A stretch of 64,000 nt of DNA from Gammaproteobacteria bacterium (GTDB taxonomy: Bacteria; Pseudomonadota; Gammaproteobacteria; SZUA-229), in the NCBI GenBank assembly GCA_029882215.1, contig JAOULC010000002.1, positions 17,681-81,680 on the forward strand, in the 5' to 3' direction. The position numbers and the translations under genes were made by a program. Numbering within the stretch: the stretch's first letter is position 1; each line of letters starts with the position of its first letter. Positions 9,436 through 19,454 of the stretch are shown one piece after another. The notes under the pieces are model-generated. The model saw only the letters and a list, made by a program, of their open reading frames with translations, was not told the DNA's origin and made no database searches.

Positions 9436-10623
9436 ATGGCGACATTCCAGGCAGGTTCGGACGTACTTTTTATTTTACTGGGTGCGATTATGGTTTTGGC
9501 CATGCATGCCGGTTTTGCATTTTTAGAAGTCGGTACGGTAAGGCAGAAAAATCAGGTTAACGCACTGGTTAAAATCATCGTTGATTTTGCAGTATCGACA
9601 ATCGCTTATTTTTTCATAGGCTATGCCATCGCCTATGGCGTGGATTTTTATGGCTCAGCGACTGTTCTCACAGAGAAAAATGGCTACGAGCTGGTTAAAT
9701 TTTTCTTCCTGCTGACATTTGCAGCGGCTATCCCGGCCATTATTTCCGGTGGTATTGCCGAGCGCTCAAAATTTAATCCACAGTTAGCGGCAAGCTTTAT
9801 TATTGTCGGTTTTATCTACCCGTTTTTTGAAGGCATGATATGGAATGGTAACTATGGTTTTCAGGACTGGCTAAATGCTTCTTTTGGTGCTGAATTTCAT
9901 GACTTTGCAGGCTCTGTAGTTGTTCATGCGATGGGAGGCTGGATTGCGCTGGGTGCGGTTATCATGCTGGGGCAGCGAAAGGGCCGTTATGGTAAAAATG
10001 GTGAGATTTTTGCACACCCGCCATCTAATATTCCATTTCTTGCACTGGGCGCGTGGATTTTAACTGTTGGCTGGTTTGGTTTTAATGTGATGTCAGCACA
10101 AACGGTTGAAAGCGTGAGTGGTCTGGTTGCTGTGAACTCATTAATGGCAATGGTTGGCGGTATTCTGGCTGCGCTATTCTTTGGTAAATATGACCCGGGT
10201 TTTATTCATAATGGTCCGCTGGCCGGGCTGGTCGCTGTCTGCGCAGGTTCGGATGTTATGCATCCGCTGGGTGCTCTGGTAACGGGCATCATTGCCGGTG
10301 GCTTATTTGTATATACCTTTACACTGGCGCAAAACCGCTGGAAGATCGACGATGTACTGGGTGTCTGGCCGCTGCATGGACTGTGCGGTGCATGGGGCGG
10401 GCTGGCAGCCGGGATCTTTGGTTTAAAGGCACTGGGTGGTGTCGGTGGCGTGAGCTTTACTTCGCAATTGATAGGCACACTGACGGGCATCGCGATTGCC
10501 ACTATCGCTGGCTTTGCTGTCTATGGTCTGTTGAAAAAACTCGTCGGCATTCGACTGAGTGACGAAGAAGAATATGATGGTGCTGACCTGAGTATCCATA
10601 AAATTGGCTCAACACCCGATTAA
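9436..10623 (+). CDS. amt: Ammonium transporter (Amt/MEP family)
   Basis: The protein has 11 predicted TM helices and the Amt signature (DFAGSVVVHAMGGWIALGAVIMLGQRKGRY). No glnK is adjacent. Confidence 0.9.
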   Translation: MATFQAGSDVLFILLGAIMVLAMHAGFAFLEVGTVRQKNQVNALVKIIVDFAVSTIAYFFIGYAIAYGVDFYGSATVLTEKNGYELVKFFFLLTFAAAIPAIISGGIAERSKFNPQLAASFIIVGFIYPFFEGMIWNGNYGFQDWLNASFGAEFHDFAGSVVVHAMGGWIALGAVIMLGQRKGRYGKNGEIFAHPPSNIPFLALGAWILTVGWFGFNVMSAQTVESVSGLVAVNSLMAMVGGILAALFFGKYDPGFIHNGPLAGLVAVCAGSDVMHPLGALVTGIIAGGLFVYTFTLAQNRWKIDDVLGVWPLHGLCGAWGGLAAGIFGLKALGGVGGVSFTSQLIGTLTGIAIATIAGFAVYGLLKKLVGIRLSDEEEYDGADLSIHKIGSTPD

Positions 10624-10822
10624 GGGCTGAGACTTAATTTGTGTTGCGGTGCTAAGTCTGGGCCGTAACAATACCTTGTCTTTGTTTTGTAATATGTATT
10701 AATCTAACATTCTGTTTTTTCAGGTAATATCACGTTCAATCAGCTTCAAATACGATTAATTAGTGACCTATCATGTTAGAATGGTGCTGCTTTTATTTTC
10801 CTGATCGGCTGATCGTACAAAA

Positions 10823-12088
10823 ATGACACAACCTACAATTATTTCCCGTGGTGAACACGGAATTTCCCGTGATCAAATTGATAGCAACGCGCTAAAGGTT
10901 TTATATCGCCTGCACAATGCCGGGTTTCAGGCTTATCTGGTGGGTGGTGGTGTACGTGACTTGTTACTGGGCTTAGAGCCTAAAGATTTCGACATAGCTA
11001 CCGATGCCACGCCGGAAGATGTACGTAATTTATTCAGAAACTGCCGCTTAATCGGCCGTCGTTTTCGTCTGGCGCATATACATTTCGGCCGTGAAATAAT
11101 AGAGGTCGCCACTTTTCGGGGGGAGCATTCTCCCAGAAATAAAAACGGTGTGCTGGATAATAGCGGGCGGATCTTACGCGACAATGTATATGGTACATTA
11201 GAAGAAGATGTCTGGCGGCGTGACTTTAAAGTCAACGCCCTGTATTACAATATTGCAGACTTCTCGGTGGTTGATTTTACCGGTGCGATGACGGATATAA
11301 ACGACCGTACCATGCGAATGATCGGTGATGCAGAAACGCGCTACCGGGAAGACCCTGTGCGGATGCTGCGCGCTGTTCGCTTTGCCGCTAAACTCGATTT
11401 TAGTATTCATAAAGACTCTGAAACACCGATTTATGAACTCAGCACGGTATTATCAGAGATTCCAGCCGCGCGATTATTTGACGAATCCATTAAGTTATTT
11501 CATTCAGGTACTGCTGTTAAATGTTTTGAATTACTGAGGCATTACGGCTTGTTTCAGGTTCTGTTCCCGCAAACTGAGGCGGCACTGAAGCAGGACCCTG
11601 AAAGTGAAGTGTTTATTGTTAAGGTCTTGCAGAGTACCGATGCCCGCATCATGGATGGCAATAATGTAAACCCCGCATTTGTTTTTGCGGCCCTGCTCTG
11701 GCAGCCGCTGCTCAATCAGACGCAGCGTTTTTTAAGTGACGGCTTACCGGTCAATCTTGCTATGCAAAAAGCCATTGATAAAGTGCTGCCGGCTCAATTA
11801 CGCATGACATCCATGCCAAAGCGGCTATCCCTTATCATGAAAGATATCTGGTTTTTACAGGATCGTCTTGCTAATCATTCAGGTAAACGTGCGATTGCGG
11901 CTTTTACGCACCAGCGTTTTCGGGCGGCATATGATTTCTTATGCCTGCGCTCTGCAGCCGGTGAAGATGTGGCTAAGCATTGTGTGTTCTGGACTGACCT
12001 GCAAAAGCTGTCGCCGCAAAAACAGGAAAAAGCTCTGCAGGGTAAAAAGAGTTTTATGAGTCGTTTTAAAAAAGCTAAAAAAGTCTGA
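10823..12088 (+). CDS. pcnB: Poly(A) polymerase I
   Basis: The nucleotidyltransferase head motif is present (LVGGGVRDLLLG...DFDIAT, RLIGRRFRLAHIHFGRE), and the C-terminal tail is basic. Confidence 0.9.
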   Translation: MTQPTIISRGEHGISRDQIDSNALKVLYRLHNAGFQAYLVGGGVRDLLLGLEPKDFDIATDATPEDVRNLFRNCRLIGRRFRLAHIHFGREIIEVATFRGEHSPRNKNGVLDNSGRILRDNVYGTLEEDVWRRDFKVNALYYNIADFSVVDFTGAMTDINDRTMRMIGDAETRYREDPVRMLRAVRFAAKLDFSIHKDSETPIYELSTVLSEIPAARLFDESIKLFHSGTAVKCFELLRHYGLFQVLFPQTEAALKQDPESEVFIVKVLQSTDARIMDGNNVNPAFVFAALLWQPLLNQTQRFLSDGLPVNLAMQKAIDKVLPAQLRMTSMPKRLSLIMKDIWFLQDRLANHSGKRAIAAFTHQRFRAAYDFLCLRSAAGEDVAKHCVFWTDLQKLSPQKQEKALQGKKSFMSRFKKAKKV

Positions 12089-12090
12089 GA

Positions 12091-12585
12091 ATGACTGTTA
12101 AGGTGTATATTGGTCTGGGTAGTAATTTGCATAATCCAGAGCAGCAGATCGTATCAGCCTTGCAAAGTCTCCGTGAGATAAAAGCCAGTCGTTTAATTAA
12201 CAACTCTGGTTTGTTTCGCAGCCCGCCCATGGGGCCACAGGATCAGCCCGACTATTTAAATGCAGCGGCGCTGATAGAAACAGAGCTGACTGCAGAGTTA
12301 TTACTTGACCAGTTACAAAACATAGAAAATACTCAAGGCCGCGTCAGAAGTCGTCGCTGGGGGGAGAGAACCCTGGATCTGGATATACTTCTGTACGGCG
12401 ACGAGGTAATTCATAGTGAAAGATTAACCATACCTCATGCTGGTCTGGCGCTGAGAGAATTTGTTTTACACCCATTACAACGACTTAACCCTGCGTTAAA
12501 TGTACCGGGAAAAGGCAAAATCATCGACCTGGTCGAGGCTTGTCCTGCTTCTGGAATAGAGTATTTAGGACCAATAAATGACTGA
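12091..12585 (+). CDS. folK: 2-amino-4-hydroxy-6-hydroxymethyldihydropteridine pyrophosphokinase (HPPK)
   Basis: The HPPK N-terminus (VYIGLGSNL) and the RWGERTLDLDILLYGD motif are present. It immediately follows pcnB, the canonical arrangement. Confidence 0.9.
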   Translation: MTVKVYIGLGSNLHNPEQQIVSALQSLREIKASRLINNSGLFRSPPMGPQDQPDYLNAAALIETELTAELLLDQLQNIENTQGRVRSRRWGERTLDLDILLYGDEVIHSERLTIPHAGLALREFVLHPLQRLNPALNVPGKGKIIDLVEACPASGIEYLGPIND

Positions 12586-13228
12586 TCGTCCCGATTTTAT
12601 TGTAATTGAAGGCCCGATAGGTGTTGGCAAAACAACACTGGCCCGTCGCCTCGCTGAAACTTATGGTTGTGACTTGCTATTAGAAGGTGCTGAAGAAAAT
12701 CCTTTCTTAAGTAAGTTTTACGACAATCCTAAAAGTGCTGCTTTTCCAACGCAGTTATTTTTTTTACTGCAGCGAGCCAGACAACTGCAGGAATTACGGC
12801 AGTCAGACTTGTTTAATCCGGTTCGTATTTCAGATTTTTTAATGGAAAAAGACCGCTTATTTGCTGAGCTAACATTAACGGATGATGAGCTTGGCTTATA
12901 TGAACAGGTTTATCAGCAATTAACTCTCGATGTGCCGGAGCCGGATCTGGTTATTTATTTACAGGCACCGGTGCATATTTTACGTGACCGGATCAGCCAG
13001 CGCGGCATCGGCTATGAGCAGCAAATAGAATCAGCTTATCTGGAAAGACTGACAGAATCTTACGTCAGCTTTTTCCATCATTATACAAATGCTCCTCTGT
13101 TAATTGTTAACAGTGAAGACTGTGATTTTGTTAATAATAGTAACGACTACAATCTGTTATTAAATCAGATTAATTCCCGTCCCAGAGGACGAAGTTATTT
13201 TAATCCAACGCCGCTGGATATGTCGTAA
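12578..13228 (+). CDS. Deoxynucleoside kinase (dAK/dGK/dCK family)
   Basis: It has the P-loop IVIEGPIGVGKTTLARRL, the ERS/DRY-like motifs and a roughly 215 aa length, all typical of bacterial deoxynucleoside kinases. It overlaps the folK stop by 8 nt. Confidence 0.7.
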   Translation: MTDRPDFIVIEGPIGVGKTTLARRLAETYGCDLLLEGAEENPFLSKFYDNPKSAAFPTQLFFLLQRARQLQELRQSDLFNPVRISDFLMEKDRLFAELTLTDDELGLYEQVYQQLTLDVPEPDLVIYLQAPVHILRDRISQRGIGYEQQIESAYLERLTESYVSFFHHYTNAPLLIVNSEDCDFVNNSNDYNLLLNQINSRPRGRSYFNPTPLDMS

Positions 13229-13253
13229 CAGGATTAAGGGAGTAAAATAAAGT

Positions 13254-14069
13254 ATGAGTAGTCATCCGCAACCCTCACAAAGAATAACGGTGAGAAAACT
13301 GCTGCAAATGAAAAGCGAAGCAGAAAAAATTGTCTGTCTGACGGCTTATGATGTGAGTTTCGCCAAATTACTGGATGATGCCGGCGTTGACGTGGTATTA
13401 GTCGGTGATTCACTGGGTATGGTGATACAGGGGCTGGAAAATACATTGCCGGTGAGCATGAATGATATGGTTTATCACAGTCGTTGCGTAGCAAACGGTT
13501 TAAAGCGGGCTTTATTGATGGTGGATATGCCTTTTATGAGTCATATAACGCCTGAGATTGCACTGCAAAATGCCGGCCGCCTGATGAAAGAGTCGGGTGC
13601 TCACATTGTTAAGCTGGAAGGTGGCTCTGAGCAGCGCGAAGTGGTCAGCGCACTTACATCCAATGGCATTCCTGTTTGCGCACACTTGGGCTTGCAGCCT
13701 CAGCGCGTGCATAAACTGGGTGGTTATCGTGTACAGGGTCGTGAGGAGGAAGCGGCTGAGCACATGCTAGAGGAGGCAAGCATCCTGCAACAGTCCGGTG
13801 CTGATGCCTTATTGCTGGAATGTGTGCCGGCAGAGCTGGCAACGAAAATCAGTCAGACAGTATCCATTCCGGTTATTGGTATCGGTGCCGGTGTCGATGT
13901 GGACGGGCAGGTGCTGGTATTGCAGGATGTGCTGGGTATAACACCGGGCAGGGCACCAAAGTTTAGTCATAATTTCATGGCAGGAGCTGACAGTATTCAA
14001 GCTGCAATAGGGCTTTATGTTGATGCCGTTAAAGCAAAACAATTCCCGCAACAAGAACATATTTTTTAG
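13254..14069 (+). CDS. panB: 3-methyl-2-oxobutanoate hydroxymethyltransferase
   Basis: KPHMT motifs are present (LTAYDVSFAKLLDDAGVDVVLVGDSLGMV, KLEGG). Confidence 0.9.
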   Translation: MSSHPQPSQRITVRKLLQMKSEAEKIVCLTAYDVSFAKLLDDAGVDVVLVGDSLGMVIQGLENTLPVSMNDMVYHSRCVANGLKRALLMVDMPFMSHITPEIALQNAGRLMKESGAHIVKLEGGSEQREVVSALTSNGIPVCAHLGLQPQRVHKLGGYRVQGREEEAAEHMLEEASILQQSGADALLLECVPAELATKISQTVSIPVIGIGAGVDVDGQVLVLQDVLGITPGRAPKFSHNFMAGADSIQAAIGLYVDAVKAKQFPQQEHIF

Positions 14070-14093
14070 ATTTTCCTATTCGGATAAGCAGTA

Positions 14094-14966
14094 TTGAACG
14101 TTATTACAACACTCCAGAGCTTAAGAGAGTACATTGAGCTACAAAAACGTGAATGCAATAAAATTGCCTTCGTGCCAACGATGGGTAATTTGCATCAGGG
14201 GCATCTTGATCTGGTTGAGCGTGCGCAATCCTTAGCAGATCTTGTCATCGTTAGTATTTTTGTGAACCCATTGCAGTTTGAAGCAGGGGGCGATCTGGAT
14301 AACTACCCCAAAACACTCGAAGCGGATATTGAAAAGCTGCAACAGGCAGGTGTGGATATGTTATTCGCGCCTGATATACAGGAAGTTTATGGTGATAATT
14401 TAAGCGCAATCACGCAGGTTATTGTGCCGGGTATTTCTGCTTTATGGTGCGGTGCTTCTCGTGCAGGTCACTTTGAAGGGGTGACCACCATCGTGAATAA
14501 ATTATTCAATCTGGTGCAGCCCGATATCGCCGTTTTCGGCGAAAAAGACTTTCAACAGCTGACTATTATTCGCATCATGGTACGTGATCTGAGTATTCCC
14601 GTTGAAATTGTCAGCGTTGCCACCAGCCGCGAAGCCGATGGTTTAGCAATGAGTTCTCGAAATGGTTACTTAACTAAAGATGAGCGAGAAATTGCCGCTA
14701 AGTTATATGAAACACTGGTTAACGTGCGGGAAATCCTTATTTCAGAAAGGAATCCTGATTTCCAGAAAATTACCCAACAGGCTGCTAACTCACTCAACCA
14801 AAAGGGCTTTAAAACCGATTACTTAGCGGTTTGCCGGCAGTCAGATCTGCAGCTTGCTGGCCCTGAAGACCGCAAGCTGGTTATTCTTGCGGCTGCTCAT
14901 CTGGGCAAAGCCCGTTTAATTGATAATCTTATTTTAGATAAGCTGCCGGCTGAGCGGCTTGAATAG
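14094..14966 (+). CDS. panC: Pantoate--beta-alanine ligase
   Basis: It has the PTMGNLHQGHL HIGH-like motif and follows panB. Confidence 0.9.
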   Translation: MNVITTLQSLREYIELQKRECNKIAFVPTMGNLHQGHLDLVERAQSLADLVIVSIFVNPLQFEAGGDLDNYPKTLEADIEKLQQAGVDMLFAPDIQEVYGDNLSAITQVIVPGISALWCGASRAGHFEGVTTIVNKLFNLVQPDIAVFGEKDFQQLTIIRIMVRDLSIPVEIVSVATSREADGLAMSSRNGYLTKDEREIAAKLYETLVNVREILISERNPDFQKITQQAANSLNQKGFKTDYLAVCRQSDLQLAGPEDRKLVILAAAHLGKARLIDNLILDKLPAERLE

Positions 14967-15031
14967 CACCTTTTAATGCCGGATAATCGGCTATTACATT
15001 GTAATACCCTGAAAGGGACAAGAGGTTATCA

Positions 15032-15412
15032 ATGCAGCTGACTTTATTAAAAGCCAAGCTACACCAGGCTCGCGTGACTCATTCGGAGCTGGAATACGAA
15101 GGTTCCTGTGCGATAGACAGTAATTTGCTGGATGCGGCGGGTATCCGTGAGAATGAACAAATTCATATTTATAATCTGGCCAATGGTGAGCGTTTTGTAA
15201 CCTATGCGATTCGTGCAGAAGCGGGTAGTGGTGTGATTTCAGTCAACGGTGCGGCTGCACATAAAGCATCACCAACGGATCGAATTATAATTGCTTGCTA
15301 TACGCAATTATCAGAACAGGAAGCCGCATCATTTAAACCTACACTGGTTTATCTTGATGAGAAAAATATTATCAAACGAACAGGTGATGCCATTCCCATT
15401 CAGGCAGCATGA
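15032..15412 (+). CDS. panD: Aspartate 1-decarboxylase
   Basis: The N-terminus [26 protein letters not shown] contains the pyruvoyl-forming G-S site, and the protein is 126 aa. Confidence 0.9.
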   Translation: MQLTLLKAKLHQARVTHSELEYEGSCAIDSNLLDAAGIRENEQIHIYNLANGERFVTYAIRAEAGSGVISVNGAAAHKASPTDRIIIACYTQLSEQEAASFKPTLVYLDEKNIIKRTGDAIPIQAA

Positions 15413-15457
15413 TTTAGTCTGCCTGCTCCGAGTCTGTAATTGTCTTTGGCGGATACT

Positions 15458-15497
15458 AAAAAGCCTCTCATTACCACTAATGAGAGGCTTTTTTTGT
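15458..15497. terminator. Bidirectional rho-independent terminator between the pan operon and the convergent DUF1501 gene
   Basis: A perfect 10-bp stem (AAGCCTCTCA / TGAGAGGCTT) with a 10-nt loop is followed by T7; A5 precedes it on the other strand. Confidence 0.65.
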
Positions 15498-15516
15498 TGG
15501 CGTTGCAGGATAAAAA

Positions 15517-17778
15517 TCAGACGGCTATATTTTTTACCGTTAATTTGCTTGCAGATAAAGTAATGCCGGCGACGCGCTCGTCAATAGGTGGTTCACCTGC
15601 AGAGCGGGCGACTGTCTCCTCTATGAGAGTACCATTACCATCGGTACCCATACGAGTTATTGAGCCGGTGGCGAAGTCATTATGATCATTTTGGGTTAAT
15701 ACATCAGGGTTGGTGACACCAAACCAGCTGTATATGGTTGAGGCGATGGCCTGTGGTTCAAATTCATAACTCGACGCAGGGTTCGCATAGCCATAGGTCA
15801 GCTCATTGATTGAGCCTGTATCAACATTATCTCCAGCTTCCAGTGGTTTAGTGAACAAGCGATTCTGGCCTGGGCTACCAAAAATACTGGTTTCTCCTAC
15901 GATTTTACCTAAAGCACCGGCAGGGCGGACAGCACTGGGTTCTGTGCGGGAAGCCTGATTGACCGAACTGTGGTCATAATTTCTGACTGGTAAAATTAAG
16001 TCAGCCGCTGGTAAAGACAATTCAGCCGGACTCAGCGTGTATTCACCCAGTGCCGGATCGAGTCTTATTAACGGGCGACCACCGAAAGTATAGAAGTTCT
16101 GATTATTACCATGATCCCAGCCCTGTGAATTGTTCAGGTTGGCGTTGCGACCAAAGTCGGTAAAAATATTGATAATGATATTAGAGGTGTCATTAGCCGG
16201 CCCGGCACCCCGGTCAGCGATGACAGCCGGGTCATCTATCGCGTACTTGATGTGTTTGATGGCAGCACGCACCGCACTCATCAGAGTTTGCATGCGCGCT
16301 TCATAAGACATCATGGCTGAGTTATGGTCATCCCAGCCACCAAGGCCCGGTGAGCCAACCATGGCCAGTTTTGTATCCGGGTTGTGAATACACAAGGTCA
16401 CTGCAGCACGTAATAGTTCGGCAAAACGATTATTGGCCGGGTATTCCAGCCGGTTGCTGCCTGGCCCGCCTTCCAGGCGAGGATCATTATTAGTGTCGCC
16501 AAGCGTGACCAGTGGTGAACCATCCGGGTTGGTAATGCGGGCGCCTGTTGCTAAATCTATGAAATAAGTGTCAATGATTGGGTTGCCGAGTGCATCTAAT
16601 GCGTCAATCAGATTGCCGGTTGCAGGGTCAACAACCTGACGTACTATGCGTGATACATCCAGTCCATTCTGCTCGGAACCATAAGCTACCGGTGGATCCT
16701 GATGGTCATAGAAACGGCCAGTGCCGGCAACAGCATTCACAAAAGCAGTATGTAAGTCCAGATCAAAAGCCGCATTCGAACCGTCGGGGTCTTGCTCGGG
16801 CAAGAATGGCAGTGATGGCGAGGGATTGCCCAGGCTATCTTGGTCATTAACCAGATTATTAAAGCGGTTGACAATGGTTGCCAGCTTTCTATGGTTTAAG
16901 AAGCTTTCAGAGACTTTTTTATAGCGCTGGCCATAGTTAACTGTGAGGTCATCATAATCAGAGTCACCTTGAACGGAGCCGGGATTGGCTTTCATTTTAG
17001 AATCAACCAGAGCATCAAGAGTAGCGGCTGACACAGGTTGATTTCCCCTTTGATAAGGATTATCAAAGTTAGCAGACAATCCGACCGGTTTTAAGGCAAG
17101 AGGAACAGGCGATGTAGCATTGGGATCAATGGCAAAGGTAGTCGATTCACCTTCAAAAGAAACCATTGGCATAACGAGTTCTTCCAGAGCAGGAACACCA
17201 AATTCAGCTGTGTAAGGCTCTGGATTATTCGCGATGATACTGGCAAGAGTGGTGCCAAGTCCCGGAGCCGAATCAATATCTAAAGTGCCTTTCTGACCGG
17301 AGAAAATACTTGGGCGATGGGCGCGAGTATTATGTTTCTTACGATTACAGGTTCGGTAGATGGTCATGTCGCCTTCGTGCAGCATGTCCTCCATGATAAT
17401 GCCGCCAGCATTTGCCCAGAAATTATTAGGGGTTCGTTGGCCGACGTCGGCATTTGGGTTATTAAGCGCTGCGGCTTCATCATAACTTGCAGTAAATACA
17501 GGGTTAAGGGCTGTTTGACCGGCATACTTAGACTGTGAGTGTACATTAAGGTCAGCGATATTAGATAAATTGCCGGCAAGTTCCGATGCGCCGCCATAGA
17601 GGAAAATATTAATAACCTGAGGTGTGCGGTGAGTGATAGAGACATTGGCGCTTTGAATAGCAGGTGAGGCTTGCACACTGCTTAGAAAGGCCTTATCAGT
17701 GAACAGTGAGGGTGCGACTGTTGTCATACCCAGCGCTCCCATGGCTTTCATGAAGTCACGTCTTTTCATTGTACACAC
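15517..17778 (-). CDS. DUF1501-family protein (sulfatase/alkaline-phosphatase-like fold), Tat-exported, unusually long at 753 aa
   Basis: A twin-arginine signal is present (MKRRDFMKAMGALGMTTVAPSLF). DUF1501 signature blocks are visible by eye (VINIFLYGGASELAGNL, GSPGLGGWDDHN, GWDHGNN...TFGG). Its start overlaps the upstream ORF's stop by 13 nt. Confidence 0.6.
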   Translation of the reverse strand: MCTMKRRDFMKAMGALGMTTVAPSLFTDKAFLSSVQASPAIQSANVSITHRTPQVINIFLYGGASELAGNLSNIADLNVHSQSKYAGQTALNPVFTASYDEAAALNNPNADVGQRTPNNFWANAGGIIMEDMLHEGDMTIYRTCNRKKHNTRAHRPSIFSGQKGTLDIDSAPGLGTTLASIIANNPEPYTAEFGVPALEELVMPMVSFEGESTTFAIDPNATSPVPLALKPVGLSANFDNPYQRGNQPVSAATLDALVDSKMKANPGSVQGDSDYDDLTVNYGQRYKKVSESFLNHRKLATIVNRFNNLVNDQDSLGNPSPSLPFLPEQDPDGSNAAFDLDLHTAFVNAVAGTGRFYDHQDPPVAYGSEQNGLDVSRIVRQVVDPATGNLIDALDALGNPIIDTYFIDLATGARITNPDGSPLVTLGDTNNDPRLEGGPGSNRLEYPANNRFAELLRAAVTLCIHNPDTKLAMVGSPGLGGWDDHNSAMMSYEARMQTLMSAVRAAIKHIKYAIDDPAVIADRGAGPANDTSNIIINIFTDFGRNANLNNSQGWDHGNNQNFYTFGGRPLIRLDPALGEYTLSPAELSLPAADLILPVRNYDHSSVNQASRTEPSAVRPAGALGKIVGETSIFGSPGQNRLFTKPLEAGDNVDTGSINELTYGYANPASSYEFEPQAIASTIYSWFGVTNPDVLTQNDHNDFATGSITRMGTDGNGTLIEETVARSAGEPPIDERVAGITLSASKLTVKNIAV

Positions 17779-19454
17779 TCCCTTAAAATAATATCGCCGT
17801 TGCTGTCAGTGGCCATTCCTTTGGTGCAGTTAAAATAATATTGCTCTGGTAAGCGGCTGATATAATCAAGCACGATTCTGGCTGAAGCTACCTTGGTTGT
17901 CATTAATGGTGTTAAGGCAGCGATTTCGTCAGTATCTGCTTTTCGTTCTAACATGGACATGAACAGATAATCTAAAAATTCCGGATCAGACATCGTCGAG
18001 ACAATAGTGCTGGCTGTAACGCCAGAGTTCGTGTCTTTAAGATCAGGTTGAATCGTATTTGGGTTGTCGATTAAACCTTCGTTATAGTTAGCGGTAAAAA
18101 TAACCATGTTTTCTCTAAAGCCACGATGGTAGTGAGCAAAGCTGAGAGTGTCGAGCGGTACACCGGCCAGGCGCCCCAGTTTATTGGTCATAGACGGCCA
18201 GTTCATATTGCCTAAAAAGGTCTGAACATTTGAGCAGTCATTATTGTTATTACTGCAAGATGCGGTATTGATAAAGTGATTGGCGGGTAATTCATATTTC
18301 AAACGTGCGGTCATATTGTAAAAATTTTCTTCAAATGACTTGGCTCTTTCGGTATAGAGTAAATATTCTTTTGAAAAAATAATGGCAGAAAAAATATCCT
18401 GAAAAGTTTGTGGCCCTGCATCGTTGATGGCTTCAATCATGGCGGCGCGGACATCAGCTGAACGATCTAACATCAGAATTTCTACGATGGTTGATATCAT
18501 GCGAGGAATGGCGTCAGCGCGCTGAGAAACTAATGTATAAAAATCATTACAGGTGGTGACTTTGGCACCAAGAACAGTAACAGCCTCTGTGTTGTAATTG
18601 CCGTTTGAAACCAGCTGATAGATCGGTAAACCATCCTCACCATCCGACAAGTAAAGATCCTGGCAGGCAATCGATGCATTGACAACATCATTTTGTTCAT
18701 CGCCATCAGGTTCGGGTACAAACTTACCAAGATAAATTTCAATCATCTCGCGGGTGTTGTCCTCCGGTGAACGAAAGCGACGCCAGTTTTGAGCAGATTG
18801 TTCATGCGTGAAAATCATCGAGCTGATACTGCTACCGGTCGATAGCTGATCAACCAGTCGGTTATAGACAACCTGAGTATCCAGTGCACTGGTGCTGTCA
18901 ATTTCTTCCGCAGGAGAGAATAAAATTGAATTCGCCAGAATGTAAGCAATCCAGTTATTGAAAGAGTCCGCACTTAGTGGCAGTTGTGTAGTGTGTGCCA
19001 GTGCGACTTCCTGTGGTGCTCCTTCGGCTAGCGGGCTGATTTGAAATAATGAACCGAAGGTACCGAGTCGACCAATCTTATCTTTATATTCATCGATATT
19101 AAGTTCATCTAGTGGAATAATATCATCAACAGTTGGAATAGAAGTGATGAGCCTGACGGCGGTCGTATTAAGAAAGTCGTGGTCTTTCACACTTAGGTTA
19201 TTCATGCCCAGAGATAAGTCAAAAAAATCATGAACTGAAACACCCCTGAACATGGTGCCTAATAATTTGTTTGCAACCCGGTATTGTTGCTCCGGCGTTA
19301 GTGCATTGAATTCTGTTTTTGTTAATGGCGCGGCTTTACCAGAAACAGAGTTCTGAAACAGGTCGTTAGGTGGCAGATCACTGGATGGGTCATAGGGTGA
19401 ACAGCCTGATAAATAAAAAGCCAGTAACAGGGAGAGATATTTCAGGGTATTCAT
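17766..19454 (-). CDS. Probable DUF1800-family partner protein, lipoprotein, about 560 aa
   Basis: It sits immediately upstream of the DUF1501 gene and is translationally coupled to it, the standard DUF1800-DUF1501 order. A lipoprotein signal is present (MNTLKYLSLLLAFYLSGCS), and the start is taken at Met43 of the track ORF, which has an AGGAAG RBS. I infer the family from context and size and could not verify signature residues. Confidence 0.45.
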   Translation of the reverse strand: MNTLKYLSLLLAFYLSGCSPYDPSSDLPPNDLFQNSVSGKAAPLTKTEFNALTPEQQYRVANKLLGTMFRGVSVHDFFDLSLGMNNLSVKDHDFLNTTAVRLITSIPTVDDIIPLDELNIDEYKDKIGRLGTFGSLFQISPLAEGAPQEVALAHTTQLPLSADSFNNWIAYILANSILFSPAEEIDSTSALDTQVVYNRLVDQLSTGSSISSMIFTHEQSAQNWRRFRSPEDNTREMIEIYLGKFVPEPDGDEQNDVVNASIACQDLYLSDGEDGLPIYQLVSNGNYNTEAVTVLGAKVTTCNDFYTLVSQRADAIPRMISTIVEILMLDRSADVRAAMIEAINDAGPQTFQDIFSAIIFSKEYLLYTERAKSFEENFYNMTARLKYELPANHFINTASCSNNNNDCSNVQTFLGNMNWPSMTNKLGRLAGVPLDTLSFAHYHRGFRENMVIFTANYNEGLIDNPNTIQPDLKDTNSGVTASTIVSTMSDPEFLDYLFMSMLERKADTDEIAALTPLMTTKVASARIVLDYISRLPEQYYFNCTKGMATDSNGDIILRECVQ

